Positions 29,395 through 39,889 of a DNA stretch of 64,000 nt are shown piece by piece (position 1 is the first letter of the stretch; each line of letters begins with the position of its first letter). This stretch comes from an uncultured Sediminibacterium sp. (GTDB lineage: Bacteria; Bacteroidota; Bacteroidia; Chitinophagales; Chitinophagaceae). The notes beneath the pieces were generated by a model. That model was not told where the DNA came from, did no database searches, and worked only from the letters and a program-made list of their open reading frames with translations. The position numbers and the translations under genes are program-made. The stretch lies in assembly GCA_964612195.1 (NCBI GenBank), contig CAZTDV010000011.1, forward strand, positions 4,950 to 68,949, in the 5' to 3' direction.

Positions 29395-30886
29395 ATAATT
29401 TCGAAATTTCTTTAGCCACTACTTCGCCGCTGATTAAGCTAGGCGGAACGCCCGGCCCAGGAACGGTAAGTTGCCCTGTAAAGAATAGGTTTTTTACTTT
29501 TTTACTTCTACATGACGGCTTTAAAACAGCAGTTTGTAGTAAAGTGTTCGCTAAACCATATGCATTTCCTTTAAAAGCGTTGTATTCGCTAATAAAATCG
29601 CTTTGAGCAAAGGTTTTTTTATAAATAATTGCATCGGCTATTGATTGCCCAATCTGTTTTTCAATCCGTTTTACGATCAAATTAAAATATTTTTCCCGCA
29701 ATTCATCCGTATCGCCAGACAAACCGGTTGCAACTGGAATTAATAAAAATAAATTTTCACAACCTTCAGGCGCAACAGTTGGGTCTGTAACCGAGGGAAC
29801 ACACATGTAAAACAGTGGATCGGTAGGCCACTCTTTGGTTGTATAAATTTCTTTACCGTGTAAGCCAAAATCGGTGTCAAAAAAAAGTGAATGATGCGGC
29901 ACTCCTGTTAGGCGTTTATTTAAGCCAATATAATATAACAAACAGCTTGGAGCCATGACCCGTTTATCCCAATAGGACGCTGTATAAGTTTGGTATTTGG
30001 GCTGTAATAATTCGGTTTCAACATGATGATAATCTGCACCACCTACAATAACATCTGCTTCAAGCTCTATCATTACTTTTCCTGCTGGTGTATTAGCCAT
30101 GCAAGAAACCGATTTTGCTACACCGTTTTCTACGTTTATTTGATTTACACTATGATTAAACCTAAAATTGACTCCTAAAGAAACCGCTAAATCATACATT
30201 CCTTGTACAATTTCGTACATCCCTTTATTGGGATACCATGTTCCTCCTTTAATATCAGCATAGTTCATTAAACTATATAATGCTGGCGTATGTTCTGGCA
30301 AAGCACCTAGAAACAAAACGGGGAATTCCATTAATTCAACCAGTTTGGGATTCTTAAAATACTTGCCCACATGAGATTTCATTGAATTAAAAACATCCAA
30401 TTTAAAAACCCCTTTTACTAACTCTATGTCTAAGAATTCTGTGAGTGATTGCCCCGGTTTAAACACCAATTTGTTTACCCCTACTTCATATTTATAAGCA
30501 GCTTCTTTCATGAACAGGTCTAATTGGGTTCCTGCACCTGGCTCTAGTTTTTCAAATAAAGCTTTTAATTCTTGATAATTGGCAGGTATATCTGTTACAT
30601 CATCTGGCCAATATACTCTGTAAGAAGGATCTAATCGGGTAAGTTGATAATAGTCGCTCACTTTTTTTCCGAATTGCTCAAAGTAGCGTTCAAATACATC
30701 GGGCATCCAATACCAGCTTGGTCCCATATCAAAGGTGAATCCTTGGGCTGTGTACTTTCTGGCCCTACCTCCTGGTAGTTCATGTTGTTCTAGTAGTGTA
30801 ACATTCCAGCCCGATCTGGCTAGAAAGGAAGCCGCGGACATGCCCGCGAAACCACTTCCGATAACGACCGCTTGCTTATTCTTCAC
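29387..30886 (-). CDS. crtI: Phytoene desaturase
   Basis: GSGFAG, FDMGPSWYWMPD, GQLTVPGPGVPP. Confidence 0.95.
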   Translation of the reverse strand: MKNKQAVVIGSGFAGMSAASFLARSGWNVTLLEQHELPGGRARKYTAQGFTFDMGPSWYWMPDVFERYFEQFGKKVSDYYQLTRLDPSYRVYWPDDVTDIPANYQELKALFEKLEPGAGTQLDLFMKEAAYKYEVGVNKLVFKPGQSLTEFLDIELVKGVFKLDVFNSMKSHVGKYFKNPKLVELMEFPVLFLGALPEHTPALYSLMNYADIKGGTWYPNKGMYEIVQGMYDLAVSLGVNFRFNHSVNQINVENGVAKSVSCMANTPAGKVMIELEADVIVGGADYHHVETELLQPKYQTYTASYWDKRVMAPSCLLYYIGLNKRLTGVPHHSLFFDTDFGLHGKEIYTTKEWPTDPLFYMCVPSVTDPTVAPEGCENLFLLIPVATGLSGDTDELREKYFNLIVKRIEKQIGQSIADAIIYKKTFAQSDFISEYNAFKGNAYGLANTLLQTAVLKPSCRSKKVKNLFFTGQLTVPGPGVPPSLISGEVVAKEISKLYD

Positions 30887-30911
30887 TTGAAACGTAAGTT
30901 AATGAAATTTC

Positions 30912-31412
30912 TTAGAAACGCTGTACATGCGCTTTTAGCAGTTTTCTAGCAAAGTGAATTCTGCTTTTAATAGTACCCAAAGGCTCATCTAACATCTCTG
31001 CAATTTCATGGTATTTGTAGCCATCAAAATATAACAAAAATGGATTTCTAAAAATCTCCGGCAAATTATGAATAGCTTGTTTTACTTCTTTCATATTTAT
31101 TCCAGCGATGGCTTCATTAGCAACAGCCCCTTGATTAAAGTCTAATAAGAATTCATTAGGCGTATTATCAAAAATGGTTGCTTGCTTAGATTTTCTACGG
31201 TAGTTGTTGATGAAAATATTACGCATGATGGTGTACAACCATGCTTTGATATTGGTACCAACATTGTACTTGTCTTTGTTAGCCAATGCCCTGTACAAAG
31301 TTTCCTGATAAAGGTCTTTGGCCGCTTCTTGATCACGTGTTAAAGTAACCGCAAATGGTTTCAAAAAATCCGCATTATTAACCAGCATTTGATTGAAATC
31401 TAGCGTAGACAT
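30912..31412 (-). CDS. ECF RNA polymerase sigma factor heading the crt operon
   Basis: AKDLYQET, KAWLYTIMRNIFIN, YHEIAE...GTIKSRI. Confidence 0.93.
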   Translation of the reverse strand: MSTLDFNQMLVNNADFLKPFAVTLTRDQEAAKDLYQETLYRALANKDKYNVGTNIKAWLYTIMRNIFINNYRRKSKQATIFDNTPNEFLLDFNQGAVANEAIAGINMKEVKQAIHNLPEIFRNPFLLYFDGYKYHEIAEMLDEPLGTIKSRIHFARKLLKAHVQRF

Positions 31413-31505
31413 GGCGTATTGTTTAATTTATTAGAGCATAAAGCTAAACATAATATTCGGTACACAAGGATATTTTTGTTTAATTTTTACTAAAGAAATG
31501 TGAAA

Positions 31506-31529
31506 CAAAAAACCCGCTGATAGCGGGTT
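31506..31529 (-). terminator. Intrinsic terminator after MerR regulator
   Basis: AACCCGCT-ATC-AGCGGGTTTTTT on the minus strand. Confidence 0.8.
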
Positions 31530-31562
31530 GATTGATTGCTGTTTAAACATTATAATATATTG

Positions 31563-32441
31563 CTATAAGGCTGTTATGTATTCCATAACCTCAGAAAGTG
31601 ACTTCTTAAATGACACATTTGTAGGAATTCGCTTCTTGTAATTCTGGGTTAAAGCACCTGAAACAATTACTTGAAATTCAGGTATTCTGTTCTGCACATT
31701 TACAAGGAACTTTTCAAAATTGAAATTATTAGCAACAGAAGTTAAATGAGAATATAAAAAGTCGGGCTTTTTTAAAGTAGCCACATATTCCACATCTTTT
31801 AAAGGCACATTGGCGCCCAAATAGATGACTTTAATTCCTCTACTCTTAAATAAATAATTGGTAAATAAAATACCCAATTCATGGTGTTCTCCCTCCGGCA
31901 AAAAGACTAATACCGTCTTTTTTTGAACCAATGGGGCATGGCAGGTTTCAATACCCATGATTAATTTTTGACGAATAATATTGGTTACCAAATGTTCTTG
32001 GGCTGGATTAATATGGTTGGTTATCCATAGAATACCAATTCTTTCCAAGAAGGGAAATATTATTTGTGGGATGGTTTTTTCAATCCCTTTGCTTTTGATA
32101 TACCCGTCCAATAGCATTTCAAATTCATCCAATTTCATGTCTACCATGCAACTGATCAACTCGTTTACCATTCGCTCAATTTGAGCTTGAGCTTGGTTTA
32201 ATGCAAGCGTTTTCTCCCGCATTTCTGCGGTGCTCATCTTATCAATATGAGAGATTTTAAATCCGTACTTGTTCAATAATGCAATATTGAGTACAGTCTT
32301 TAACTCATCACCTGAATAATAACGGATATTTGTTTCTGTGCGCTGTGGGTTTAGGAACGAATACCGCTGTTCCCAAATACGGATGGTATGCGCTTTAATA
32401 CCCGACAGGTTTTCTAAATCTTTGATTGTAAAGGCATTCAT
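31563..32441 (-). CDS. MerR-family regulator with cobalamin-binding domain (CarH/LitR-like)
   Basis: MerR HTH (TIRIWEQRY), W-x9-EH (WITNHINPAQEH) and EHHELG motifs; adjacent to crt genes. Confidence 0.9.
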   Translation of the reverse strand: MNAFTIKDLENLSGIKAHTIRIWEQRYSFLNPQRTETNIRYYSGDELKTVLNIALLNKYGFKISHIDKMSTAEMREKTLALNQAQAQIERMVNELISCMVDMKLDEFEMLLDGYIKSKGIEKTIPQIIFPFLERIGILWITNHINPAQEHLVTNIIRQKLIMGIETCHAPLVQKKTVLVFLPEGEHHELGILFTNYLFKSRGIKVIYLGANVPLKDVEYVATLKKPDFLYSHLTSVANNFNFEKFLVNVQNRIPEFQVIVSGALTQNYKKRIPTNVSFKKSLSEVMEYITAL

Positions 32442-32480
32442 ACAATAGTAACGCTGCGAATCCAGATTTGTTTAAAAGAT

Positions 32481-33344
32481 TTACAAAACCTTTAAACGCT
32501 TTAAGTATTCCCCATACCCACTTTTTGCATATTTCTCCCCTAAAAGCATCAATTGTGCCCTATCAATAAAGCCCATTCTGTAAGCTACTTCTTCAATACA
32601 ACCTACTTTCTGGCTCTGGCGTTTTTCTATTACGCGAACAAATTCACAAGCATCCGCAAATGAATCAAAAGTACCCGTATCTAACCAAGCGGTACCCCTA
32701 TTCATAATACCCACTTGCAAAGTTCCTTTTTCTAAATAAACCCTGTTTACATCGGTAATTTCATATTCACCTCTGGGTGAGGGAGCTATATTTTTGGCAA
32801 TTTCTACTACACTGTTGTCATAAAAATATAAGCCTGGCACTGCATAATTAGACTTAGGCTGTTTAGGTTTCTCTTCTATTGAAATAGCTTGTTTTTGGTC
32901 ATTAAATGCTACTACACCATATCGCTCAGGATCATTTACTTCGTAGGCAAAAACGGCCGCCCCATTTACATCATTGAAACTTTGTACCAGCTTACTAAAG
33001 CCTGCTCCATAAAAAATATTGTCGCCTAAAATCAAACAAACTTTATCGTTGCCAATAAATTTTTCGCCGATTACAAATGCTTGTGCCAAGCCATTAGGCT
33101 CATGTTGCACTTCATAAGAAAATTTGCAACCAATTTCTGAACCATCGCCCAACAATCTTTTAAATTGGTCTTGATCTTGTGGCGTTGTAATAAATAAAAT
33201 CTCTTTGATTCCTGCCAACATCAATACCGAAAGTGGATAGTAAATCATGGGCTTATCATAAACCGGCATCAGCTGTTTGCTGATTCCCTTGGTGATAGGA
33301 TATAACCTGGTTCCTGATCCGCCTGCTAAAATGATTCCTTTCAT
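32481..33344 (-). CDS. rfbA: Glucose-1-phosphate thymidylyltransferase
   Basis: [30 protein letters not shown]. Confidence 0.97.
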   Translation of the reverse strand: MKGIILAGGSGTRLYPITKGISKQLMPVYDKPMIYYPLSVLMLAGIKEILFITTPQDQDQFKRLLGDGSEIGCKFSYEVQHEPNGLAQAFVIGEKFIGNDKVCLILGDNIFYGAGFSKLVQSFNDVNGAAVFAYEVNDPERYGVVAFNDQKQAISIEEKPKQPKSNYAVPGLYFYDNSVVEIAKNIAPSPRGEYEITDVNRVYLEKGTLQVGIMNRGTAWLDTGTFDSFADACEFVRVIEKRQSQKVGCIEEVAYRMGFIDRAQLMLLGEKYAKSGYGEYLKRLKVL

Positions 33345-33366
33345 AAAATGGGTATTAAGCGTTGAA

Positions 33367-33924
33367 TTAAAATTCTAATGTATTTACCGTATCACGTAAT
33401 AAAGGCAATGACAAATCTTTTTCTGATAATTTAATTTCATCTGGAGATAATTTCCAGTCGATGGCTAAATCTGGGTCATTGTAAATGATTCCCCCTTCAG
33501 ATGCTTTGTGGTAATAATTATCTACTTTATAAAAAAAAGTTGCTTGTTCACTTAATACAATAAATCCATGTGCAAATCCACGTGGTACAAAAAACTGGGT
33601 TCTACTTTCTCCTGTTAATTCCACTGCAACGTGTTGACCAAAGGTTTTAGAATCCTTACGGAGGTCTACGGCAACATCCAGCACCGATCCACTCAACACC
33701 CTAACCAATTTAGCTTGTGCAAATTCACCATTTTGATAATGCAATCCACGCAAAACTCCTTTAGATGAATTGGATTGGTTGTCTTGAACAAAATCAATGG
33801 CCACTCCTGTTTTTTCTAAAAAAGTATTTCTATTAAAACTCTCAAAAAAATAACCACGACTATCACCAAAAAATGTGTCGTGAATGATAAAGCAACCTTC
33901 AATGGGGGTATATTCAATTTGCAT
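33367..33924 (-). CDS. rfbC: dTDP-4-dehydrorhamnose 3,5-epimerase
   Basis: [23 protein letters not shown]. Confidence 0.96.
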   Translation of the reverse strand: MQIEYTPIEGCFIIHDTFFGDSRGYFFESFNRNTFLEKTGVAIDFVQDNQSNSSKGVLRGLHYQNGEFAQAKLVRVLSGSVLDVAVDLRKDSKTFGQHVAVELTGESRTQFFVPRGFAHGFIVLSEQATFFYKVDNYYHKASEGGIIYNDPDLAIDWKLSPDEIKLSEKDLSLPLLRDTVNTLEF

Positions 33925-33926
33925 GA

Positions 33927-34982
33927 TTACTTATTGCTGTACATAGATTCATAATAGTGTTGATAGTTTCCACTGGTTACATTATTTAACCACTCTGTAT
34001 TAGCCAAAAACCAATCGATGGTTTCACTCAATCCTTCTTGGAAGGTAACACTTGGCTTCCAACCCAATTCACGATTAATTTTAGATGCGTCAATGGCATA
34101 TCTTCTATCGTGCCCAGGTCGGTCTTTGATATAAGTAATTAATTGCTCACTGGTTCCTGATGGTTTACCCAATTTTTCGTCCATTTGGGTACACAATAAT
34201 TTTACTAAGTCAATATTTTTCCATTCGTTAAAACCACCAATATTATAGGTTTCTCCTGTTACTCCCTTGTGAAAAACCATATCAATGGCAATTGCATGAT
34301 CCTTTACATACAACCAATCACGGGTATATAATCCGTCTCCATAAACAGGTAATGGTTTGCCTTGTATAATATTATTGATAAACAAGGGGATCAATTTCTC
34401 CGGAAAATGAAATGGCCCATAATTATTGGAACAGTTAGATATAACCGTTTGTAAATGATAGGTTTCATGGTACGCTCTTACAAAATGATCGGATGATGCC
34501 TTACTTGCAGAGTAAGGTGAACGTGGGTCATAAGCAGTCTCTTCAGTAAACAATCCTTCTGCTCCTAAGCTCCCATATACTTCATCGGTAGAAACATGGT
34601 AAAAGCGATGATTGTCTAAATCTGCAGCCCATTTTTGCTTAGCAGTATTTAATAAATTAACCGTGCCGATTACATTGGTGTACACAAAATCTAATGGAGA
34701 AACAATAGAACGATCTACATGTGATTCTGCCGCCAAATGAATAACATCTGTTACTTGGTATTGATCAAACAATTCCTCTACCGCTTTCACATCCAAAATA
34801 TTCACTTTGGCAAAACGATAATTGGGCTTGTTTTCTATATCTCTTAAATTCTCCAAATTACCCGCATAAGTAAGGGCATCCAGATTGATGATTTGGTATT
34901 CAGGATATTTATTTACAAATAATCTTACAACGTGTGAGCCAATAAATCCTGCTCCCCCGGTGATAACAATGTTTTTAGACAT
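33927..34982 (-). CDS. rfbB: dTDP-glucose 4,6-dehydratase
   Basis: TGGAGFIGS, AAESHVDRS, STDEVYG, YSASK. Confidence 0.97.
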   Translation of the reverse strand: MSKNIVITGGAGFIGSHVVRLFVNKYPEYQIINLDALTYAGNLENLRDIENKPNYRFAKVNILDVKAVEELFDQYQVTDVIHLAAESHVDRSIVSPLDFVYTNVIGTVNLLNTAKQKWAADLDNHRFYHVSTDEVYGSLGAEGLFTEETAYDPRSPYSASKASSDHFVRAYHETYHLQTVISNCSNNYGPFHFPEKLIPLFINNIIQGKPLPVYGDGLYTRDWLYVKDHAIAIDMVFHKGVTGETYNIGGFNEWKNIDLVKLLCTQMDEKLGKPSGTSEQLITYIKDRPGHDRRYAIDASKINRELGWKPSVTFQEGLSETIDWFLANTEWLNNVTSGNYQHYYESMYSNK

Positions 34983-35039
34983 AATGTATTTCTTAATAAT
35001 ATAAAGGTACTATTTTGTACGCTTGTTTAACTTTTTACC

Positions 35040-35975
35040 CTAATTATTCCATGGTGCATTTTTAACCAATTCATACACCATTGAAATACCTTGATGCAAG
35101 TCTATCCTAGCTTTCCAGCCAAATTGATTAATTTTTGTTACATCCATTAATTTTCGAGGAGTACCATCTGGTTTGGATAAGTCTAACACAATTTCTCCGG
35201 TATAACCAGTTACATGCTTTACCATTTGGGCTAATTCTAAAATGGTAACATCTATCCCTGTTCCAATATTGACTAATCCTTTTTCATTATAGTGCTCCAT
35301 TAAGTACATGCAGGCTTCAGCTAAATCATCTACATGCAAAAATTCTCTTTTAGGAGTTCCTGTTCCCCATATAGTAACCGAAGGATCATTATTAGCTTTT
35401 GCCGTAATAAACTTTCGCAACATTGCAGGCAAAACATGGCTTTTTTCTAAATCGTAATTATCGTTGGGCCCATACAAATTGGTGGGCATGGCAGAAATAA
35501 AATTACACCCATACTGTGCTCTATAGCTGTCGCATAATTCAATACCTGCAATTTTTGCAATCGCATAAGGCTGGTTGGTTTCTTCTAAATATCCACTCAA
35601 TAAATATTCTTCTTTAAGTGGCTGAGGCGCCATTTTTGGATAAATGCAAGAAGAGCCTAAGAACAATAATTTTTTTACCCCATTTACATAACTCTGATGA
35701 ATAATATTGCTCTCCATCATTAGGTTATCATAAATAAATTCTGCCCGATAAGTATTATTGGCAACAATACCACCCACTTTGGCTGCTGCTAAAAAAACAT
35801 AAGCTGGTTTTTGGGTTGCAAAAAAATCGGCTACCGCTTGTTGATTTCTCAAGTCTAATTCAGCAGATGTTCTTGTAATAATATTAGTGAATCCAGCTGC
35901 TTGTAATTGCCTAACAATAGCACTTCCAACCATTCCTCTATGGCCAGCTACATATACACTTGCATTCTTATTCAT
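35040..35975 (-). CDS. fcl: GDP-L-fucose synthase
   Basis: [26 protein letters not shown]. Confidence 0.96.
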   Translation of the reverse strand: MNKNASVYVAGHRGMVGSAIVRQLQAAGFTNIITRTSAELDLRNQQAVADFFATQKPAYVFLAAAKVGGIVANNTYRAEFIYDNLMMESNIIHQSYVNGVKKLLFLGSSCIYPKMAPQPLKEEYLLSGYLEETNQPYAIAKIAGIELCDSYRAQYGCNFISAMPTNLYGPNDNYDLEKSHVLPAMLRKFITAKANNDPSVTIWGTGTPKREFLHVDDLAEACMYLMEHYNEKGLVNIGTGIDVTILELAQMVKHVTGYTGEIVLDLSKPDGTPRKLMDVTKINQFGWKARIDLHQGISMVYELVKNAPWNN

Positions 35976-37083
35976 GTTCTTTCTCTATAGTGAATCCGTT
36001 GTTCTGCAACAACTGTTCTTTTTTAAATACAATAATATCTGCTGCCACCATTTCTTTTACCATTTCAGCTAAAGTGTATTGTGGTGTCCAATTTAATTTT
36101 GTTTTTGCCTTGGTAGCATCACCTATTAAAAGATCTACTTCGGTAGGTCTATAATAGCGAGGATCTACTTTAACAACAACTTGACCCATTTTCATGCCAT
36201 GGGTGGTTGTATTGGTTATTTTACTAATCACTCCCACTTCATTCACCCCTTCTCCGTTAAAACTTAATTCAACTCCAACTTCTGCAAATGCCATTTTTAC
36301 AAAATCTCTGATGTATGTGGTAATTCCTGTAGCTAATACAAAATCTTCTGGAGTATCTTGTTGTAGCATGCGCCACATTCCTTCTACATAATCTTTGGCA
36401 TGGCCCCAATCTCTTTGTGCATCTAAGTTTCCTAAGTAAAGGGTTTCCTGTAATCCCATCGAAATTCTAGCTACAGCTCGGGTAATTTTTCTGGTTACAA
36501 ATGTTTCTCCACGCAATGGACTTTCATGATTAAATAAAATTCCATTACATGCATACATGCCATAAGCTTCCCGATAATTAACCGTAATCCAATAAGCATA
36601 TAATTTAGCCACAGCATAAGGACTTCTTGGATAAAAAGGAGTGGTTTCACTTTGCGGAACCGCTTGCACTAAGCCATATAATTCAGAAGTAGATGCTTGG
36701 TAAAATTTGATTTTTTTAGTCAAGCCCAACAAACGAATGGCTTCTAAAATTCTTAGCGCACCAACTCCATCTGCATTGGCAGTATATTCTGGCGTTTCAA
36801 AACTCACATGCACATGACTCATTGCAGCTAAATTGTAAATTTCATCAGGCTGCACTTCTTGTATAATTCTAATTAAATTAGTGCTGTCAGTAAGGTCTCC
36901 ATAGTGTAATACCAAATGACGATCTGGTATATGCGGATCTTCATAAAAATGATCTATTCTTTGTGTATTAAACAAAGAACTTCTGCGTTTAATTCCATGT
37001 ACTTCATAGCCTTTCTTCAGCAGTAATTCTGCTAAATACGCACCGTCTTGTCCGGTTATTCCTGTTATCAATGCTTTTTTCAT
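35968..37083 (-). CDS. gmd: GDP-mannose 4,6-dehydratase
   Basis: [30 protein letters not shown]; start at ATG 37083. Confidence 0.97.
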   Translation of the reverse strand: MKKALITGITGQDGAYLAELLLKKGYEVHGIKRRSSLFNTQRIDHFYEDPHIPDRHLVLHYGDLTDSTNLIRIIQEVQPDEIYNLAAMSHVHVSFETPEYTANADGVGALRILEAIRLLGLTKKIKFYQASTSELYGLVQAVPQSETTPFYPRSPYAVAKLYAYWITVNYREAYGMYACNGILFNHESPLRGETFVTRKITRAVARISMGLQETLYLGNLDAQRDWGHAKDYVEGMWRMLQQDTPEDFVLATGITTYIRDFVKMAFAEVGVELSFNGEGVNEVGVISKITNTTTHGMKMGQVVVKVDPRYYRPTEVDLLIGDATKAKTKLNWTPQYTLAEMVKEMVAADIIVFKKEQLLQNNGFTIEKEHE

Positions 37084-37179
37084 AACATTCAATTGATGCA
37101 AATATGCAACCTTAAATGCATATCTATATAAATTGGCTTACTAAAGCATTTGATTTATCTTAGCTACAACAGTTCAATT

Positions 37180-38331
37180 ATGGGCAACAGATACTATTCT
37201 TTAGACGTTTTTAGAGGGGCTACGGTGGCACTCATGATCTTGGTAAATAATCCAGGTAGTTGGAGCCATATTTTTGGACCGCTGAAACATGCCCCATGGC
37301 ATGGTGTAACACCTACCGATTTGGTATTCCCATTCTTTTTATTTGCGGTTGGAAATGCCATGGCTTTTGTGATGCCTCGCTTTGAAGCTGCTGGTGCAGG
37401 TGAGTTTTGGAAAAAAGTAATCAAACGTACCTTGCTCATTTTTGGAATTGGGGTTTTATTACATTGGAGTCCGTTTGTTAAATGGGACGGTGAAAATTTG
37501 GTGGGGAAATCATGGGAAAATGTGCGGATTTTAGGCGTACTTCAAAGAATTGCCCTTTGCTATTTCTTTGCATCAGTGATTGTTTTTTATGGCAAAACCA
37601 AGGGGGCTTATATTATTGGCATGGCTATACTTTTACTCTATTGGTTCGCCTGTTATGCACTGGGTGCCGATGGAGACCCTTATAGTTTACAGGGATGGTT
37701 TGGCAACTCAATTGATATTGATATTTTAGGTGTTAACCATATTTATAAAGGCGAAGGAGTGCCTTTTGATCCCGAAGGATTTATGAGTACCCCTGCTGCC
37801 ATTGTGCAAGTAATTTTTGGATTTTTGGTGGGTCAGTATATTCAATTAAAAGGGAAGAATACCGATATGTTGAGTGGTTTATTAGTGGCGGGTCTTGTTT
37901 TAACCTTTACAGGTTATTGCTGGGACTTAGTATTCCCTATCAACAAAAAAATATGGACCAGTAGTTATACCATTTATACTACAGGCCTTGCTATTTTAAC
38001 GATTGGGGTAATGATTTATGCCATTGAGTTTAAAGGTGCTAAAGGAGCTTGGAGTAGGTTCTTTGATGTATTTGGAAAAAACCCCTTATTCATTTTTGTA
38101 TTGAGTGGTTTTTTACCAAGAGTATTAGGCATGTTTAGATGGGTTAATGAAACAGATGCCGATGGTACTAAACATTACACTTCATTCTTACCATGGTTTT
38201 ACAATAATTTATGCAAACCCATTGCAGATGACCCAAGAGTAGTCTCTCTGGTTTATGCTTTATTAATGATTGGATTTTATTGGCTTATCGTTTATGTATT
38301 AGACAAGAAAAAAATCTATATCAAGGTTTAA
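37180..38331 (+). CDS. Heparan-alpha-glucosaminide N-acetyltransferase-like membrane protein (NagX-like)
   Basis: SLDVFRG, LMILVN, HAPWHG, DLVFPFFLF, GVLQRI, DPEG, PINKKIWT. Confidence 0.85.
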   Translation: MGNRYYSLDVFRGATVALMILVNNPGSWSHIFGPLKHAPWHGVTPTDLVFPFFLFAVGNAMAFVMPRFEAAGAGEFWKKVIKRTLLIFGIGVLLHWSPFVKWDGENLVGKSWENVRILGVLQRIALCYFFASVIVFYGKTKGAYIIGMAILLLYWFACYALGADGDPYSLQGWFGNSIDIDILGVNHIYKGEGVPFDPEGFMSTPAAIVQVIFGFLVGQYIQLKGKNTDMLSGLLVAGLVLTFTGYCWDLVFPINKKIWTSSYTIYTTGLAILTIGVMIYAIEFKGAKGAWSRFFDVFGKNPLFIFVLSGFLPRVLGMFRWVNETDADGTKHYTSFLPWFYNNLCKPIADDPRVVSLVYALLMIGFYWLIVYVLDKKKIYIKV

Positions 38332-38371
38332 CAGTAGAATAGTTAGTTGCGACGCAATTTTCAATAATATT

Positions 38372-38830
38372 CTAACGAATTTTTTTTGCTGGATTTCCAG
38401 CATATACCCCTGGCTCAGTAATGTCTTTAGTTACAACAGCCCCTGCACCTATGACCACTTGATCGCAAATATGTACAGGGAGTATGGTGGCATTGCTGCC
38501 AATAGAAACATGATTGCCAATTCGTGTTGGCTGCCATTTATTTTGGTCGCCCGAAGGTTTACCTTCCGAAAACAAATCATTAATAAACATTACCCCGTGC
38601 CCAATAAAACAATCATTTCCAATGGTGACTAGACTACAAATAAAACTATGCGATTGTATTTTGCATCGCTCGCCAATATGAACGTCTTTTTGAATTTCAG
38701 TAAAAGGTCCAACAAAAGAATCATGGCCAATATAACATCCATAAATATTAGTGGGCCCAACAACGGTTACATTTTTTCCAAATTGAACATCTCTTACAGA
38801 AGATTCAATTAAATTAAAAGTAGGTAACAT
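38372..38830 (-). CDS. Hexapeptide-repeat sugar N-acyltransferase
   Basis: Left-handed beta-helix repeats, IGAGAVVTKD..YAGNPA. Confidence 0.88.
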   Translation of the reverse strand: MLPTFNLIESSVRDVQFGKNVTVVGPTNIYGCYIGHDSFVGPFTEIQKDVHIGERCKIQSHSFICSLVTIGNDCFIGHGVMFINDLFSEGKPSGDQNKWQPTRIGNHVSIGSNATILPVHICDQVVIGAGAVVTKDITEPGVYAGNPAKKIR

Positions 38831-38860
38831 AGTACTCGAATTTTATTCAAGTTAATTCAA

Positions 38861-39889
38861 TTATCGTGCCTGATATATGAGATTAATCAGGTCAATCGTG
38901 TTCTTTGCCTCTTCTACTGATGTGTAATAAGGAGTTTGATGCAATAGCGTATTTATTAAACTATTGTATACTTGATAATGGTTGCGCATACTGCCTTTAT
39001 AATGACCATAATCGTTGGCTACAAACTGCTCTTTATTCATTGCATCTAATTCTATTTGCAATTTGGCCGCAAGTTCAACATCGTCTATTTGAAACTCCAA
39101 ATTATTTAAATAAGAGCCCCCTGCTATAATACTGCCCTTCGAAGAAAAAATTTCAAGTGATCCTTCTCTATTTGCAATAGGTTCATTAACCGAATAGTCC
39201 ATACTTGCTTTTATTCCAGATTCAAATATCAATTGAATATTTCCTTGGTCTTCAAATTCAATTAAACCTTGATGATTCGTATTGTTGAATTGTGCTTGTA
39301 CCCTTTTCACTTTCCCAAATAACCAACAAAGCAAGTCTATAAAATGGCTAAACTGGGTGAACAAAGTACCACCGTCTAATGCAAGTGTTCCATGCCAACT
39401 ATTTGTGTAATAACTAGTGGGTCTATGCCAAAAACAATTTACCTGAACATGATTAATATTGCCCAATACCTGTTGTTGCAACAATTCATGAATCAGTTTC
39501 ACAGGCGGATTAAATCGATTCTGCATGACCGAAAAAATTTGTTTCCCTGTTTGCTTAGAAACTGCCTGCATTTGAAAAATGGCTGTTCCCGAAAGCGCAA
39601 TAGGCTTTTCTACTAGTACATGATAACCGGCTTGCATAGCTTCAATGGCTTGATTCGCATGCAATCCGTTAGGAGTGGCTATCACAACTATATCTAATTT
39701 TGGAACAGCAGCATATAGCGCTGAAGTGGTTTCAAAAAAGGGAATTCCATATTGATCTCCCATTTTTTTGGCTTTAGCAAGATCAATATCTACTACTGCA
39801 ACCAATATGCCTACACGTGTAATTTGTGTTGCATGTTCTGTAGCAATATTACCACAACCAATGAGTGCAAAATGAATAGGGTTATGCAT
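38861..39889 (-). CDS. Gfo/Idh/MocA oxidoreductase (WbpB-like)
   Basis: IGCGNIA, TPNGLH, VEKP, QNRFNP, DGGTLFTQFSHFID. Confidence 0.85.
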   Translation of the reverse strand: MHNPIHFALIGCGNIATEHATQITRVGILVAVVDIDLAKAKKMGDQYGIPFFETTSALYAAVPKLDIVVIATPNGLHANQAIEAMQAGYHVLVEKPIALSGTAIFQMQAVSKQTGKQIFSVMQNRFNPPVKLIHELLQQQVLGNINHVQVNCFWHRPTSYYTNSWHGTLALDGGTLFTQFSHFIDLLCWLFGKVKRVQAQFNNTNHQGLIEFEDQGNIQLIFESGIKASMDYSVNEPIANREGSLEIFSSKGSIIAGGSYLNNLEFQIDDVELAAKLQIELDAMNKEQFVANDYGHYKGSMRNHYQVYNSLINTLLHQTPYYTSVEEAKNTIDLINLIYQAR

